From NCBI GenBank assembly GCA_037379345.1, contig CM074522.1, positions 19,034,001 to 19,098,000 on the forward strand: 64,000 nucleotides of DNA. Reading direction: 5' to 3'. The position numbers and the translations under genes were made by a program. This DNA is from Perna viridis. Taxonomy: Eukaryota. This document shows positions 62,707 to 64,000 of the stretch, in pieces. Within the stretch, counting starts at the first letter, position 1; every line of letters begins with the position of its first letter. Below the pieces are notes generated by a model that saw only the letters and a list, made by a program, of their open reading frames with translations, was not told the DNA's origin and did no database searches.

Positions 62707-63128
62707 TTAGAAATTCATCGCTTCAGCCGGTGTCATAAACCGTCGAACATTAATAACTTTGTTCACTGCAGCCTTATATCTGCTGTTACGCCTATTGTCT
62801 ACAACATCCAATTCTTCGTCGTCGATAAATGATCTTTCGGACTTGGGTCCTGCGACATTTTTCCATGCAGACCCACTGAGTTTACGACCGTTAGGTTTCG
62901 GTTCGCCGTCGTCAACATCATCGTCTCCTTTTCTCCTTCTCGACTTCCTTTTCTTCCTCTCACCTTTCTTCTCGGGATCACTTTCTGGTTGTACCTGTGC
63001 AATTTTTAGCTTCCGGTAGTCGATGACGACCAAAACGAAAGTAAAAGTAGCAATCCCTATCACGAACGGTGTAATACTATATATAAATATCTCTGTTGTT
63101 GACATACAGCGACCCCCGCTCACTACTC
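62707..63128 (-). CDS. Last (TM plus tail) exon of LRR membrane protein paralog A; upstream exons lie beyond the window
   Basis: Phase-1 acceptor ttttaacAG at 63130-63129. GVVSGGRC aligns with GIESGHSC/GIVIGDKC/GIVIQETC of the other paralogs. TM IFIYSITPFVIGIATFTFVLVVI, then a Lys/Arg-rich tail ending AEAMNF*. Confidence 0.8.
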
Positions 63129-63189
63129 CTGTTAAAAAATAAAACAAAAATGCTAATACTGATCAATATCATGATAAATCTAACCGTTC

Positions 63190-63702
63190 TAATTGTATAT
63201 TACCATAAATCTGTCTGACCCGATCCCTGAATTTGAAATGATTGTATGTTACAATGAACCTGTTTGACCCGATCCCTGAATTTGAAATCTAGCCGTTTTG
63301 ATTGTATGTTACCATGAACCTGTCTGGCCCGATCCCTGAATTTAAAATCTCGCCGTTTGATTGTATGTTACCATGAACCTGTTTGACCCGATCCCTGAAT
63401 TTGAAATCTAGCCGTTTTGATTGTATGTTACCATGAACCTGTCTTGTCCGATCCCTGAATTTAAAATCTCGCCGTTTGATTGTATGTTACCATGAACCTG
63501 TCTGACCCGATCCCTGAATTTGAAATCTAGCCGTTTCGATTGTATGATACAATGAACTTGTCTGACCCGATTCCTGAATTTGAAATCTAGCGGATTTGAT
63601 TGTATGTCACCATGAACCTGTCTGACCCGATCCCTGAATTTGAAATCTAGCCGTTTTGATTGTATGCTACCATGAACCTGTCTGACCCGATCCCTGAATT
63701 TG
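63190..63702 (+). repeat. 59-60-bp minisatellite (about 9 copies) in the last intron of paralog A
   Basis: Unit attgtatgttaccatgaacctgtctgacccgatccctgaatttgaaatctagccgttttg. Confidence 0.9.
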
Positions 63703-63730
63703 CCTGATATACCTATCTAAACAAGATAGA

Positions 63731-63936
63731 CTGTAAAGGTATTAATTTTTGAAGTGTGCTAATTTTCACTATTTTCGCGGTGGACATAAAAACGCTAAAA
63801 GTAATACCTACGAAATCAACTATGAACACTTTATAACCGTAATCACTTTGAGAAACCGCGAAATTTGATACCCGCGAATATACTCACTTGACAGAATCCG
63901 AGAAATCAGCAACCGCGAAAATTAATACGTTTACAG
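63731..63936. mobile_element. Tc1/mariner-like MITE
   Basis: CTGTAAAGGTATTAATTTT ... AAAATTAATACGTTTACAG|TA with internal ccgcgaaa repeats. Confidence 0.6.
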
Positions 63937-64000
63937 TACTCTGAAGCCCATTTGTATCAGTTTCAATGCTATATGAAAAAAGGGAAAACCGAAAACCTTT

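Noticed and set aside
43727-63019. Plus-strand ORFs overlapping the LRR exons (43727, 44045, 47152, 49268, 56563, 62759)
   Set aside because: They are antisense shadows of real minus-strand coding exons.
63190-63702. CRISPR-like array
   Set aside because: Head-to-tail 59-60-bp units with no unique spacers and no cas genes, in a eukaryotic intron. The same applies to 30346-30637 and 38900-39245.

Overview
AT-rich animal genomic DNA with spliceosomal GT-AG introns. The repeat repertoire (Helentron/HINE-like elements, Meta-domain SINE, Penelope-like element, many TACATGTA) suggests a bivalve mollusc; this is an inference. Genes reconstructed by hand, left to right: (1) an intronless CLIC chloride-channel/GST-fold CDS (+, 9167-9922); (2) TAF10 (+, four coding exons, 17032-20279, first exon not found); (3) an intact 8-exon CARD-caspase (+, 26003-38239, about 373 aa) that keeps the His/Cys dyad but has HACPS in place of QACRG and a remodelled S1 pocket; (4) a tandem array of at least four paralogous 3-exon signal peptide-LRR-LRRCT-TM genes on the minus strand (40029-44403, 46995-50031, 53802-56942, and a last exon at 62707-63128), with conserved ectodomains but unrelated, TIR-less cytoplasmic tails. 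Introns and intergenic DNA hold many MITEs, a LINE with a target-site duplication, Penelope-like fragments, tandem repeats and a 133-N gap. Best leads: the LRR-TM array, the atypical caspase, a possible same-strand nesting of CLIC in TAF10 intron 1, and a SINE whose head is a conserved ribozyme-like RNA fold rather than a tRNA.
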